DNA of 64,000 nucleotides, taken from positions 9,494-73,493 of the forward strand of contig CACAIR010000002.1 of the NCBI GenBank assembly GCA_902532565.1, in the 5' to 3' direction. Of this stretch, positions 8,472 through 18,011 are shown one piece after another. Position 1 is the stretch's first letter. Each line of letters starts with the position of its first letter. Source of the DNA: an uncultured Pelagibacteraceae bacterium (GTDB lineage Bacteria; Pseudomonadota; Alphaproteobacteria; Pelagibacterales; Pelagibacteraceae). Position numbers and translations under genes: made by a program. A model generated the notes under the pieces. It was not told the origin of the DNA and did no database searches. It was given only the letters and a program-made list of their open reading frames with translations.

Positions 8472-9773
8472 ATGACAAAATTAATTAAAAAAATTAGTCT
8501 GCCACTCGTAAGTTTAATGTTTTTATTAAATATGAGTAGTGCAGGTATGGCAGAGACTACAGTTTCTGCCGAAATAGGCTTTATATTCAACACCTTGTTA
8601 TTTTTAATTTGTGGATTCCTTGTCTTTTTTATGGCTTGTGGATTTGCAATGTTAGAATCAGGAATGGTTACATCTAAAAGTGTATCTGTTATTTGTGCAA
8701 AAAATATAGGTTTAATTTCAATAGCTGGAATAATGTTCTGGATGTTTGGTTACAATCTCGCTTATGGTATTCCAGAAGGTGGGTACATTGGTAGCTTTAT
8801 TCCATGGTCAGATTCTAGCTCAGTTGATACAGGTTATGCTGATGGATCGGATTGGTATTTCCAAATGGTATTCTGTGCAACAACAGTCTCAATCGTATCA
8901 GGAACACTTGCTGAAAGAATTAAGCTATGGCCGTTCTTTTTATTTGCAGCAATTTTATCAGGAATTATTTATCCAATCGTAATGGGTTGGCAGTGGGGCG
9001 GCGGCTGGTTAGCGGCTGCTGGATTCTCAGATTTTGCAGGTTCAACTTTGGTCCACTCAACTGGTGGAGCTGCGGCTCTAGCAGGAGCAATGATGTTAGG
9101 TCCAAGACTTGGAAGATTTACAAAATCTGGAGCACCAGCTCCATTAAAGCCTTTTGCAGCTTCATCTATTCCACTTGTAACCGTTGGAGTATTCATTCTT
9201 TGGTTAGGTTGGTTTGGATTTAATGGTGGTTCTCAATTAGCTATTGGAACTGCAGATGATGCAATTGCAGTTTCAACAATATTTCTGAACACTTTCTTAG
9301 CAGGTGCCGGTGGTGTAATGGCCGCAGCAACTGTAACAAGATTAAATTTTGGAAAGACAGATGTTGTTCAAATGTTAAATGGGTGTATTGGTGGACTAGT
9401 TGCAATTACTGCTGAACCATTAATGCCTTCGCCAATAGCTGCTATTTTAATCGGTGGTGTTGGTGGTGTAATCGTAGTTTATGGTACAAAACTTTTATTC
9501 TCATTGAAAATTGATGATGTAGTAGGAGCAATACCAGCTCACTTATTTGCTGGTATTTGGGGTACTTTAGCTGTGCCGATTACAAATCCAGATACTTCAT
9601 TTGGAACTCAATTATTAGGCGTAGTTTCAATTAACGTTTTTGTTTTCGTAGTAGCTTTAATTGTTTGGAGCATTATGAAAGCAACAATTGGTATTAGATT
9701 AAGTAAAGAAGCAGAAACCAAAGGTACTGACGTTACTGAAACTGGAGTGATTGCTTATGCGATACGTGACTAA
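8472..9773 (+). CDS. amtB: ammonium transporter
   Basis: GFAMLESG, FQMVFCAT, DFAGSTLVH, LWLGWFGFNGGS, IDDVVGAIPAH motifs; SD GGAGAGG. Confidence 0.97.
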   Translation: MTKLIKKISLPLVSLMFLLNMSSAGMAETTVSAEIGFIFNTLLFLICGFLVFFMACGFAMLESGMVTSKSVSVICAKNIGLISIAGIMFWMFGYNLAYGIPEGGYIGSFIPWSDSSSVDTGYADGSDWYFQMVFCATTVSIVSGTLAERIKLWPFFLFAAILSGIIYPIVMGWQWGGGWLAAAGFSDFAGSTLVHSTGGAAALAGAMMLGPRLGRFTKSGAPAPLKPFAASSIPLVTVGVFILWLGWFGFNGGSQLAIGTADDAIAVSTIFLNTFLAGAGGVMAAATVTRLNFGKTDVVQMLNGCIGGLVAITAEPLMPSPIAAILIGGVGGVIVVYGTKLLFSLKIDDVVGAIPAHLFAGIWGTLAVPITNPDTSFGTQLLGVVSINVFVFVVALIVWSIMKATIGIRLSKEAETKGTDVTETGVIAYAIRD

Positions 9774-9786
9774 TTGTTAACAATAA

Positions 9787-9820
9787 TTAAGAGATCCTTG
9801 CTCTCATAAGGATCTCTTAA
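9787..9820. other. 13-bp stem hairpin downstream of amtB
   Basis: TTAAGAGATCCTT-N8-AAGGATCTCTTAA. Confidence 0.6.
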
Positions 9821-9846
9821 AAACTTACTCTCTTAAATAGTTAGTT

Positions 9847-9876
9847 AAAAAAGGGCCCCTCGGGGCCTTTTTTTTT
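9847..9876. terminator. bidirectional intrinsic terminator
   Basis: A-tract, GGCCCC-TC-GGGGCC stem, T-tract, between convergent genes. Confidence 0.85.
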
Positions 9877-9886
9877 AGTATAAAGA

Positions 9887-10867
9887 TTAATCATTAACTT
9901 TATTTTCTTCCCATAATTTTTTGTAATTAATAAATGGTGCTAATCCATAACTTGAATTAATGTTTGTTAAATGAAGCGAAAGACTTTTTAGCGGAGAGAT
10001 ACAAATTTCTTTATCGTAAATTTCATTAAGATATTTTTCAAATGGATCATGACGATTTTCGCAAGTTTTTTTAAAATTATCCCAATATTTATTAATTAAT
10101 GATGTAGAGGTCAAAAAGGTACATAAAGTTTTACTTATTGTTCTCCAATGACGTTTATTGCCTATTAAAACATTTGTTTTTTCGTTACCCATATAAAGAT
10201 AAGGATAGTCGGACGGGCACATAAAAATATCCTTCCCTAATTGAGAAGATATCCTTTGAAATGAGGATATCATTTCTTCCAACATTATTTCAAAATGTAA
10301 ATAATCATCTTCAACAAAAAAAACTAAATCCTCTCCCTGTTCTTTTCCAACTTCAAAAGAATTTAATAAACTTGCAAGATTTGAAAATGTCTCATTTGAT
10401 TTTTGTTTTGAAATAAAAGATTTATATTTATTATGATCTAATGAAATTATTTCTGAATTTTTTTCTTGTTCTGATATTTTTTTGATTTTTTTTAGATTTT
10501 CAATAGTTGAATGATCATCTAAGATAATTAATTTAATATTTATTTCAGTAAATTTTTGTCTTAAAAATTTTATTGATCTTATCAAAGAATTTAATGATCT
10601 AATTACATATTCTATTTTTGGGTATTCGAATAATCTTTTCTTATTTTGGTCCCATATTTCAACAGAAGTATTAGTTCTAAAAATAATTAATAATGATTTT
10701 ATTTTCCTTGTAATTTTTACTTCTCCAAGTGGTAAAACTATTGAGCTACTGTTAAAATTAGATAAATCCTCATTCAATTCCTTATTTAATGTAGGGGAAA
10801 CAAAATTGTTTTGATCAATAATTTCATAACCTAAAGTTTTTGCTAATTTTATAAAAAGTTTTTTCAT
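9887..10867 (-). CDS. glycosyltransferase family 2-like protein
   Basis: LIILDDHS and FFVEDDYLH (DxD-like) GT-A motifs. Confidence 0.65.
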   Translation of the reverse strand: MKKLFIKLAKTLGYEIIDQNNFVSPTLNKELNEDLSNFNSSSIVLPLGEVKITRKIKSLLIIFRTNTSVEIWDQNKKRLFEYPKIEYVIRSLNSLIRSIKFLRQKFTEINIKLIILDDHSTIENLKKIKKISEQEKNSEIISLDHNKYKSFISKQKSNETFSNLASLLNSFEVGKEQGEDLVFFVEDDYLHFEIMLEEMISSFQRISSQLGKDIFMCPSDYPYLYMGNEKTNVLIGNKRHWRTISKTLCTFLTSTSLINKYWDNFKKTCENRHDPFEKYLNEIYDKEICISPLKSLSLHLTNINSSYGLAPFINYKKLWEENKVND

Positions 10868-10873
10868 TTTTTA

Positions 10874-11458
10874 TTAAGTTTGATTTTTTGACTCATCTAT
10901 TGCATATTCTAAACGATCTTGTCCCCAAAATAGTTTATTATTTACTAAAAAGGTTGGAGCTCCAAATACATTTAATTTAAATGCATCGGTAGTAAGGGCT
11001 TTGAGCTTATCTTTAATTTTTTGGTTTTGTATCCCTTTTTCGTAGAAATCATGATTAATTTCACAATCTGTTAAAATTTTTTGTATATTTTTATCAATTG
11101 AAATATCCATATTATCTTTCCAGTAAGCATCAAAACATAAATCTATAAATTTACTTTTTTTATTATTATCAATAATTAAAAATCCTCTCATCAAATATAA
11201 AGAATTAATAGGAAATTTTTCATTCCATTCAAATTGGATTTTATTTTTTTTTGCAATTAAAATACAATCCTCTTTCATATTTTTCATTTTTCTTTCATTA
11301 AAGGCAGGAGGAGTAACTTTTGCTAAATTATGCAAACCACCTAGCAGAATAGCTCTGTAATTAAAAATATTTCTTAGATTTAAATTGATTATCTTTTTAT
11401 GGGCTAAATATGAATAAGGACTTATGAAATCAAAATAAAAATCTATAGAACTAGTCAT
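10874..11458 (-). CDS. 2-hydroxychromene-2-carboxylate isomerase / kappa-class GST (DsbA family)
   Basis: IDFYFDFISPYSYLA, VFGAPTF, FWGQDRL. Confidence 0.9.
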   Translation of the reverse strand: MTSSIDFYFDFISPYSYLAHKKIINLNLRNIFNYRAILLGGLHNLAKVTPPAFNERKMKNMKEDCILIAKKNKIQFEWNEKFPINSLYLMRGFLIIDNNKKSKFIDLCFDAYWKDNMDISIDKNIQKILTDCEINHDFYEKGIQNQKIKDKLKALTTDAFKLNVFGAPTFLVNNKLFWGQDRLEYAIDESKNQT

Positions 11459-11924
11459 ATAAATTTAGTCTTTTTGCATAAAAAATTCTAATTATCCAAT
11501 ATATGAATATACCGATAGGGCCAATTAAATAAGTTATAACAAGAGGAAATGCTAACAAAATTTTGTTAACAAATAGCTTTTGAGCATCCTTAAGTATCCA
11601 ACCACCTGCAAATAAATTTATAGATATAAAATGTATCCAAAACATTAATAAATAATAATCATCTTTAAATAGTTCAGATATATAATTTAAACCTAAGTAT
11701 AGAGAAAAATTATTATCGAAATCAAAAGATCCTAAGTAAGCTTTATAAACAATAAACATATATGTTCCGCTTAGAATAAAAATTGGCAATATTGAAGTTG
11801 CTAAATACTTACAAAGATTTGATTGAGGAAAAAATATAATTAATAACCAGAATGGCAATACACCAATATTAACCCACAAGTAAAGTATTTCATTTGTAAA
11901 GTAATTATAAATTTGTTCGATCAT
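11451..11924 (-). CDS. ABA4-like (DUF4281) membrane protein
   Basis: LPFWLLIIFFP, WIHFISINLFAGGWI, GPIG motifs. Confidence 0.8.
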   Translation of the reverse strand: MIEQIYNYFTNEILYLWVNIGVLPFWLLIIFFPQSNLCKYLATSILPIFILSGTYMFIVYKAYLGSFDFDNNFSLYLGLNYISELFKDDYYLLMFWIHFISINLFAGGWILKDAQKLFVNKILLAFPLVITYLIGPIGIFIYWIIRIFYAKRLNLYD

Positions 11925-11952
11925 TCCTAAATATATTATAATAAATCTTATT

Positions 11953-12516
11953 ATGATTCCTATAAGAAACAGAAGAAAAACATTGAAAGTGACTGTTGAA
12001 GAAATGCGAAATTTTGCTTTTGCTTATGTTGAAAAATATGCCCCTTCAAAACAACAGCTAAAAACCTATCTTTTAAAAAAATATTTAAAGACTTCAGTCC
12101 CAAACGTTAAAAAACAAGATGTGACAAAACTAATTGATGTTGTGTTATCGGATTTAGAAAAAAATAAATTCATTAATGATAAATTTTATTCAGAGAGTAA
12201 AGCTAAAAGTATGATTCAAAGAGGAAGTTCAATAAACAAAATTAGAAACTATTTACTAGGAAAGGGAATCAATAATGAATTTATAAAGGAAACAGTTGAA
12301 AAAATTAATGATGAAAATTCTGACCAAGATTTTTTTTCTGCAATAAAGTTATGTAAAAAAAAGAGAATAGGCCCCGCAAGAGCAGAAGATAATCGTCCAC
12401 TTTTTTATAAAAAAGATATTTCTTTATTAGCAAGAAATGGTTTTAATTTTGAAACTTCTAAAAAGGTAATGGACATTAAAAAAGATGAGTATTTAAAAAT
12501 AGTAAATTTACTTTGA
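11953..12516 (+). CDS. recX: regulatory protein RecX
   Basis: A.AYVEKYAPS...L..YL.KK, INDKFYSE, RG.S..KI...L..KG, KKKRIGP, LARNGF (alphaproteobacterial RecX pattern). Confidence 0.8.
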   Translation: MIPIRNRRKTLKVTVEEMRNFAFAYVEKYAPSKQQLKTYLLKKYLKTSVPNVKKQDVTKLIDVVLSDLEKNKFINDKFYSESKAKSMIQRGSSINKIRNYLLGKGINNEFIKETVEKINDENSDQDFFSAIKLCKKKRIGPARAEDNRPLFYKKDISLLARNGFNFETSKKVMDIKKDEYLKIVNLL

Positions 12517-12648
12517 TTTATCTTTTTCTTTTTTAATCATGTAGTCAATTTTATTTTTTATATAATTTTTGACAAATACAAAAACTAATAATCCAAAAAT
12601 AGATACTGATATAATTATGATTAATATAATTCTAAGCTGTTCACTCAT
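12508..12648 (-). CDS. unannotated 46-aa single-TM protein
   Basis: MSEQLRIILIIIISVSIFGLLVFVFVKNYIKNKIDYMIKKEKDKSK; ATG coupled to the cysQ stop (TAATG). Confidence 0.6.
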   Translation of the reverse strand: MSEQLRIILIIIISVSIFGLLVFVFVKNYIKNKIDYMIKKEKDKSK

Positions 12649-13421
12649 TAAGTTAATTTCTTGCTTTTTAAGATAAGACTGGGATTTTTAAAATCTTCTT
12701 TTCCATAAAAAATTTCATTATTTTCAAAATCTGTTATGGAACCACCAGCATGTTTTAAAATTGCATGTCCTGCAGCAATATCCCATTCACAAGCTCTTGG
12801 TTCTGCAACATAACCATCATATTCTCCTGTTGCAATTACACAAAATTTTAAGGAACTTTTCATTCTAATATATTCTTTGACATTTAATTTATCAAAAAAT
12901 TTTTGAATTTCTGGTTTAATCTTGTTCGAGTATGATACAAATTTTATTTTATCTTTATTAAAATCCCTTGATCCATCTATTTTAATTTCTATGCCATCTT
13001 TTAATTCATATGCATTATCTTGACCGTAAGAATAAAACATTCTCTTTTTTGCCGGAGCATAAATTATTCCAGCTGCAGGTTTTTTATCTAAAATTAATCC
13101 AGCATTAATGGTAAACTCATCTAGATTATTAATATAATTATATGTTCCATCAATTGGATCAATTAGCCAAAAATTTCTTAGATCTTTAATAAATTTATTA
13201 TCAGAAGTTTCTTCTGAAATAATTGGAATTGAAGGTGTTAATTTTTTTATTTTTTTAGTAACAATTTTATTTACCTCTAAATCGCCATTACTCACTGGAG
13301 TGTTATCAGATTTTATTTCCTTTTTAAGACCTTTATTTCTGAGATTAATTGAAACTTTACCAGCATCTAAAAAAGTATTAATTAAATCTCTTATAACTTT
13401 TTCAATTTCGATTTTTGTCAT
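12648..13421 (-). CDS. cysQ: 3'(2'),5'-bisphosphate nucleotidase (inositol monophosphatase family)
   Basis: KSDNTPV, ISEE, WLIDPIDGT, SSLKFC.IA.G, EWDIAAGHAIL. Confidence 0.85.
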   Translation of the reverse strand: MTKIEIEKVIRDLINTFLDAGKVSINLRNKGLKKEIKSDNTPVSNGDLEVNKIVTKKIKKLTPSIPIISEETSDNKFIKDLRNFWLIDPIDGTYNYINNLDEFTINAGLILDKKPAAGIIYAPAKKRMFYSYGQDNAYELKDGIEIKIDGSRDFNKDKIKFVSYSNKIKPEIQKFFDKLNVKEYIRMKSSLKFCVIATGEYDGYVAEPRACEWDIAAGHAILKHAGGSITDFENNEIFYGKEDFKNPSLILKSKKLT

Positions 13422-13584
13422 TTACTTTTTTTAGTTCAATATTTTTTGAATTAATCACTTTTTTTCCTGCATTTTCAAAATTAACGGTTACCTTTTCTTT
13501 AATTATGGATTGAACTTGCCCAATACCCCATTCTTTTGCCAATGGATTTATAACTTTATCTCCAGGCTCAAAATCTAATATCAT
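13402..13584 (-). CDS. DUF3553 family small protein
   Basis: PG..V..P...EWGIGQVQS.....[10 protein letters not shown]. Confidence 0.85.
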   Translation of the reverse strand: MILDFEPGDKVINPLAKEWGIGQVQSIIKEKVTVNFENAGKKVINSKNIELKKVNDKNRN

Positions 13585-13624
13585 TTATTTAACTTATATT
13601 AGAAATAAGTATAAATACCAGTTA

Positions 13625-14743
13625 ATGAACAATGAATTAAATTCAATAGGACTTGAAAAAAAACCTTCACACACAACTGTTGTTGTAGCAATGTCTGGTG
13701 GAGTTGATTCATCAACAGTTGCAGGTATGATGAAAAAAGATGGCTATAATGTGATAGGTATAACCTTAAAACTTTACGATGATGGAAAAGAAGTTGCTGC
13801 GTCTAAACAATGCTGCTCCGGACAAGATATAATGGATGCTAAGAGAGTTGCCAATAAACTAGATATTGAGCATAAAATTTTATATTTTCAGAATAAGTTT
13901 AAGCAAGGAGTTATTGATAATTTTGTTGACAGCTATTTAAAAGGCGAGACCCCAATTCCTTGCGTACAATGCAATCAAACAGTAAAATTTAAAGATTTAT
14001 TTGAAGTTTCAAAAGAGTTAAAAGCAGATGCTTTAATAACTGGTCATTATGTTAAAAGTGTTACCTCTGGTTTAGAAACCAATATGTATCGTGCTATTGA
14101 CGAAAACAGAGATCAAAGTTATTTCTTATTTAATACAACAAGAGAACAATTAAATTATCTTAGATTCCCTCTCGGATCAATACGTAAAGAAGAAACAAGA
14201 TCTATTGCAAAGAATTTAAAATTAAATGTAGCTGATAAGCCTGATAGTCAAGATATTTGTTTTGTCCCTAATGGAGATTATGCATCAGTAATAAGAAAAT
14301 TTAAACCTGAGTCTTTTAGGAAGGGAAATATAAAAGATCTAAATGGAAAAGTTATTGGTGTGCATGATGGAATTATTAATTTTACTATCGGTCAAAGAAA
14401 AGGAATAAAAGTTTCAGATGTAGAACCGTTATATGTTTTAAAAATTAATTCTGGTAAAAATGAAATTATCGTCGGACCAAGAGAAAAACTAGGAAAAAAA
14501 CATATAAATATTGAAAATATAAATCTACTTGTTGATAATAAGCAACTTTCGAAAGATGTTTTAGTTAAAGTTAGGTCAACAGGTAAATTATTAACAGCCA
14601 AAGTTAATTTAAAATCAAATAATTCAGCTGAAGTAAATTTAAAAGAATTAGAGGATGGCATTTCTCCTGGTCAAGCTTGTGTCTTTTATGATCTTGATAA
14701 TCAAGGATACAAGGTTCTTGGGGGTGGGTGGATAGTTTCCTAA
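13625..14743 (+). CDS. mnmA: tRNA 2-thiouridine(34) synthase
   Basis: [47 protein letters not shown]. Confidence 0.97.
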   Translation: MNNELNSIGLEKKPSHTTVVVAMSGGVDSSTVAGMMKKDGYNVIGITLKLYDDGKEVAASKQCCSGQDIMDAKRVANKLDIEHKILYFQNKFKQGVIDNFVDSYLKGETPIPCVQCNQTVKFKDLFEVSKELKADALITGHYVKSVTSGLETNMYRAIDENRDQSYFLFNTTREQLNYLRFPLGSIRKEETRSIAKNLKLNVADKPDSQDICFVPNGDYASVIRKFKPESFRKGNIKDLNGKVIGVHDGIINFTIGQRKGIKVSDVEPLYVLKINSGKNEIIVGPREKLGKKHINIENINLLVDNKQLSKDVLVKVRSTGKLLTAKVNLKSNNSAEVNLKELEDGISPGQACVFYDLDNQGYKVLGGGWIVS

Positions 14744-15453
14744 ATAGTTTTTTTCCACATCAAAAAGGTTAAAAGATAAAAAGTTATTACACCTAAAAAA
14801 TAATCCCACTCTAGTGCATGTTTTAAAAATTTAAGATTTATTCCAAAAAAATCATCTCCAGGTAAACTAATTATTGGTATACTTACTGCAGCCACAAATA
14901 TAAGTACACTTACTAAAATTAACTTAATTTTTAATACAGTTTCATTTATATGTTTATCAATTTTTTTTTTGATCGAAAATAATGCCAGTACTAAATAAGT
15001 TTGAGCAACTATTTCAAAAACGATAAATACGAACATAATTATTCTTCTAAATAATTTATATAAATCATAATCAAATTTTATACCCAAAAATATAGAATGT
15101 AATATCAGTGCTATTGCAGATGCAATTCCAAAATATACAATTTTATTCTTATATTTATTATTCTCTTCAAAATGATTAATTATTTTTCTATTGTTCAACC
15201 AGTAAATAATTAAAAGATATGAAGTAAAAAACATTGCTGGTTTAAAAATTAAATAAGTTGGAAAATATCTTGCTGTTCTACTAATTGATACTCCACCATC
15301 TAAGTATGGGAATGGGTAAAAAATTCTATATTGGTCTGGTATTAAGTGTAGATGATGAAATTGAGTGGTAAGAATTAGACAAGCATTAACTGCCACAAAT
15401 GGTACAATAAAAACCCATATACTTATGGACTTAACCTTATTGATGTATTCCAT
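14740..15453 (-). CDS. hypothetical multi-pass membrane protein
   Basis: 237 aa with about 6 hydrophobic segments; loosely Frag1/DRAM-like ([23 protein letters not shown]). Confidence 0.6.
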   Translation of the reverse strand: MEYINKVKSISIWVFIVPFVAVNACLILTTQFHHLHLIPDQYRIFYPFPYLDGGVSISRTARYFPTYLIFKPAMFFTSYLLIIYWLNNRKIINHFEENNKYKNKIVYFGIASAIALILHSIFLGIKFDYDLYKLFRRIIMFVFIVFEIVAQTYLVLALFSIKKKIDKHINETVLKIKLILVSVLIFVAAVSIPIISLPGDDFFGINLKFLKHALEWDYFLGVITFYLLTFLMWKKTI

Positions 15454-15458
15454 TTAAA

Positions 15459-15542
15459 CTATTTTTTCTTATTTTTTCTCTTTGCTCTTCTTTTTTTAGA
15501 TCCTTGTTTTCTTCGGCCTCTATGTTTTTTTGGATAACCCAT
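15459..15542 (-). CDS. unannotated 27-aa highly basic peptide
   Basis: MGYPKKHRGRRKQGSKKRRAKRKNKKK*; preceded by AAAGGAGAAG; stop lies 5 nt before the next ATG. Confidence 0.7.
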   Translation of the reverse strand: MGYPKKHRGRRKQGSKKRRAKRKNKKK

Positions 15543-15617
15543 CTTCTCCTTTAATTATAATTTAATTGAAATTATCAGCCGGATATAGCATTGTCGTTCT
15601 AAGTTATCAAATTTTTT

Positions 15618-16793
15618 ATGTCTAATTCTTTTAAAACATTTCTCAAACATACCGCTAAAGATTTTCACAATCAGTCAGTAAATCCGCCAGTTGTAAGAGC
15701 TTCAACGATTATTTTTAAGTCAATGAAACACCTTAGAAATACTCAAGCAAAATCGCAAAAAAATCCTATTGGGGGTCATTATGACTATGGAAGACAAGGC
15801 ACCTCAACAACACACATATTACAAAAAATACTCACCAAGTTAGAAGAAAGTTATCACGTATTTACTACACCAACTGGATTTGGATCTGTTTTTTTAGCAA
15901 TATTTAGCATAGTCAGACCAGGCGATGAAATGATAGTTGCAGATCCTGTATACAGTCCAACAAGATTGTTGACTCAAGATTATTTAAAAGAATTTAATAT
16001 AAAAACAGTTTTTTATAATCCTCATGACTTAAAAACATTACAAAATAACATAACGAAAAAAACAAAATTAATTTTTGTTGAAAATCCTGGAAGTAACTCT
16101 TTTGAGTTTCAAGATTTGGGAAAAATTGTATCGATAGCAAAAAAAAATAAAATAGTTACTGCTATAGATAATACTTGGGCTACCCCTTATTACTTTAAAC
16201 CAATTAAATTTGGTTTTGATATGTCAATTGTGTCAGCTACTAAATATTATTCTGGTCATTCAGATGTGATGGGCGGAAGTTTGGCAGTGAATAAAAAAGT
16301 TTTTAACAAAGTAAAGATTGCTGAAAAAATTACTGGTTTGAGATTAGCACCTGATGATGCATATTTAATCACAAGAGGTCTGAGAACACTTGACGTTAGA
16401 TTAGATAGACACAGGGAAAATGCAAAAAAAGTGGCAGCATTTTTGTCTCAAAATAAAAAAATAAAATTACTTTATCCTTACAAAAAAAATTCTTTTAATT
16501 TTAGAATGTGGAAAAAATATTATTCTGGTGCATCAGGATTAATGGGGTTAAAAATAAAAGCTAGAAATGTAAATTCAGTTAGAAAGTTTGTTAATTCGTT
16601 AAAATTATTTGGATATGGTTACAGCTGGGGTGGGTTTGAAAGTTTAGCATTACATCAAGAATTTAGGGAAACAGGTAAAAGAAAATATTTGAATTTAGAT
16701 AAAGATGAACACCTAGTTAGATTTCATATAGGGTTAGAGGAACCAAATGACTTAATCGCAGATATTAAACAAGCGTTAAAGTATCTTAAATGA
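15618..16793 (+). CDS. metC: cystathionine beta-lyase
   Basis: VNPPVVRASTI, YGRQGT, ENPGS, DNTWAT, SATKYYSGHSD (PLP Lys), GYSWGGFESL. Confidence 0.9.
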   Translation: MSNSFKTFLKHTAKDFHNQSVNPPVVRASTIIFKSMKHLRNTQAKSQKNPIGGHYDYGRQGTSTTHILQKILTKLEESYHVFTTPTGFGSVFLAIFSIVRPGDEMIVADPVYSPTRLLTQDYLKEFNIKTVFYNPHDLKTLQNNITKKTKLIFVENPGSNSFEFQDLGKIVSIAKKNKIVTAIDNTWATPYYFKPIKFGFDMSIVSATKYYSGHSDVMGGSLAVNKKVFNKVKIAEKITGLRLAPDDAYLITRGLRTLDVRLDRHRENAKKVAAFLSQNKKIKLLYPYKKNSFNFRMWKKYYSGASGLMGLKIKARNVNSVRKFVNSLKLFGYGYSWGGFESLALHQEFRETGKRKYLNLDKDEHLVRFHIGLEEPNDLIADIKQALKYLK

Positions 16794-18010
16794 GTTCAGA
16801 AAAATTCATAAAAAATAATACTGCTTTATTGACTTTAATTGCTGCTAGTTTGGTAGTTTTAATTTCATTAGGAGTAAGACAAACGTTTGGAATGTTTTTT
16901 ATGGATTTTAAAGATGATTTAGGAATTTCTTTAACACAATCAGGATTATCAATAGGTTTACAAATGTTAATGTGGGGATTAACTGGCCCTATATTTGGAG
17001 CTATAGCTGACAAATATGGAGGTCATAAAGCAATATCGTTAGCATTTTTATTTTTTATAGCAGGTGTTTATTTCCTATACGCTGGTCCCAATACAGGAAT
17101 TTTTTTTCAAGTTGATATGGGAATTTTAATTGGAATAGGTTTGGGCGGAACAGCAATAAGTATTCCAATGTCCGTTGTTGGAAAACATTTTCCATTATCT
17201 AACAGAACCATTGCTATGAGCATTGTAACTGCTGTAGGGTCTTTTGGATATTTTTTGTCCCCATTGTTAACTGAATATTCATTAACTCAAAATGGTTGGC
17301 AAAATACTTTAATAGCTTTTTTAATAGCTTTAGTTATAGGTTTAGCAATTTCATTTTTTGTAAGATCTCCATCCCTAGAACAAACTATTGAACCACCGAA
17401 TAATCAAGGTACTTTTGATGCAATAAAAGAAGCGTTTGGAACAAAAAGTTACATTCTTTTAGTATCAGGATTTTTTGTTTGCGGGTTTCATATTACATTG
17501 GTTGGTACACATGTACCCACATATGTTATTGATCGAGGTTTAGAAAGTTGGACTGCTGCTGCAATTTTGTCCTTAATTGGATTATTTAATATATTTGGTT
17601 CACTTTTAAGTGGATATCTTTCAACTAAGATGAGTAAAAAAATAATTTTGAGCATAATATATAGTCTTAGAGGTATTTCGATTATTTTATTTATATTCTT
17701 ACCAGCTAGTAATATTAATGCCTTCATATTTGGTGCGAGTTTTGGTTTCTTGTGGTTATCAACTGTGCCAGCAACTAGTGGAATAGTTGCACATATGTTT
17801 GGGACAAAATATTTAGGTTTGTTATATGGAATTGTATTTTTAAGTCATCAAATCGGCTCATTCTTTGGGGCTTATCTGGGAGGTTTATTTCATGATCTAT
17901 ATGGGTCATATGATTACGCTTGGTATTTAGCAATTGCTTTATCTGTTTTTGCAGCAATAATTCATTTACCAATTAAAGAACAACCAGTTTTGAGATTAAA
18001 AACAGAATAA
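16790..18010 (+). CDS. MFS transporter
   Basis: 12-TM pattern; GVRQTFG, GFFVCGFH, WLSTVPAT, HQIGSF. Confidence 0.9.
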   Translation: MSSEKFIKNNTALLTLIAASLVVLISLGVRQTFGMFFMDFKDDLGISLTQSGLSIGLQMLMWGLTGPIFGAIADKYGGHKAISLAFLFFIAGVYFLYAGPNTGIFFQVDMGILIGIGLGGTAISIPMSVVGKHFPLSNRTIAMSIVTAVGSFGYFLSPLLTEYSLTQNGWQNTLIAFLIALVIGLAISFFVRSPSLEQTIEPPNNQGTFDAIKEAFGTKSYILLVSGFFVCGFHITLVGTHVPTYVIDRGLESWTAAAILSLIGLFNIFGSLLSGYLSTKMSKKIILSIIYSLRGISIILFIFLPASNINAFIFGASFGFLWLSTVPATSGIVAHMFGTKYLGLLYGIVFLSHQIGSFFGAYLGGLFHDLYGSYDYAWYLAIALSVFAAIIHLPIKEQPVLRLKTE

Positions 18011-18011
18011 A

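Noticed and set aside
8746-9223. Overlapping short ORFs inside amtB, and similar antisense ORFs inside mnmA, MFS, aprM/B, dctM, tig, clpX, lon and nuo genes
   Set aside because: Shadow frames of well-supported genes with no recognisable motifs.
11953-12516. recX without adjacent recA
   Set aside because: A common arrangement in alphaproteobacteria.
15543-15617. SAM-type riboswitch upstream of metC
   Set aside because: The 75-nt spacer is shared with a divergent gene and no SAM-II/SAM-V pseudoknot consensus could be recognised; an Rfam scan would settle it.
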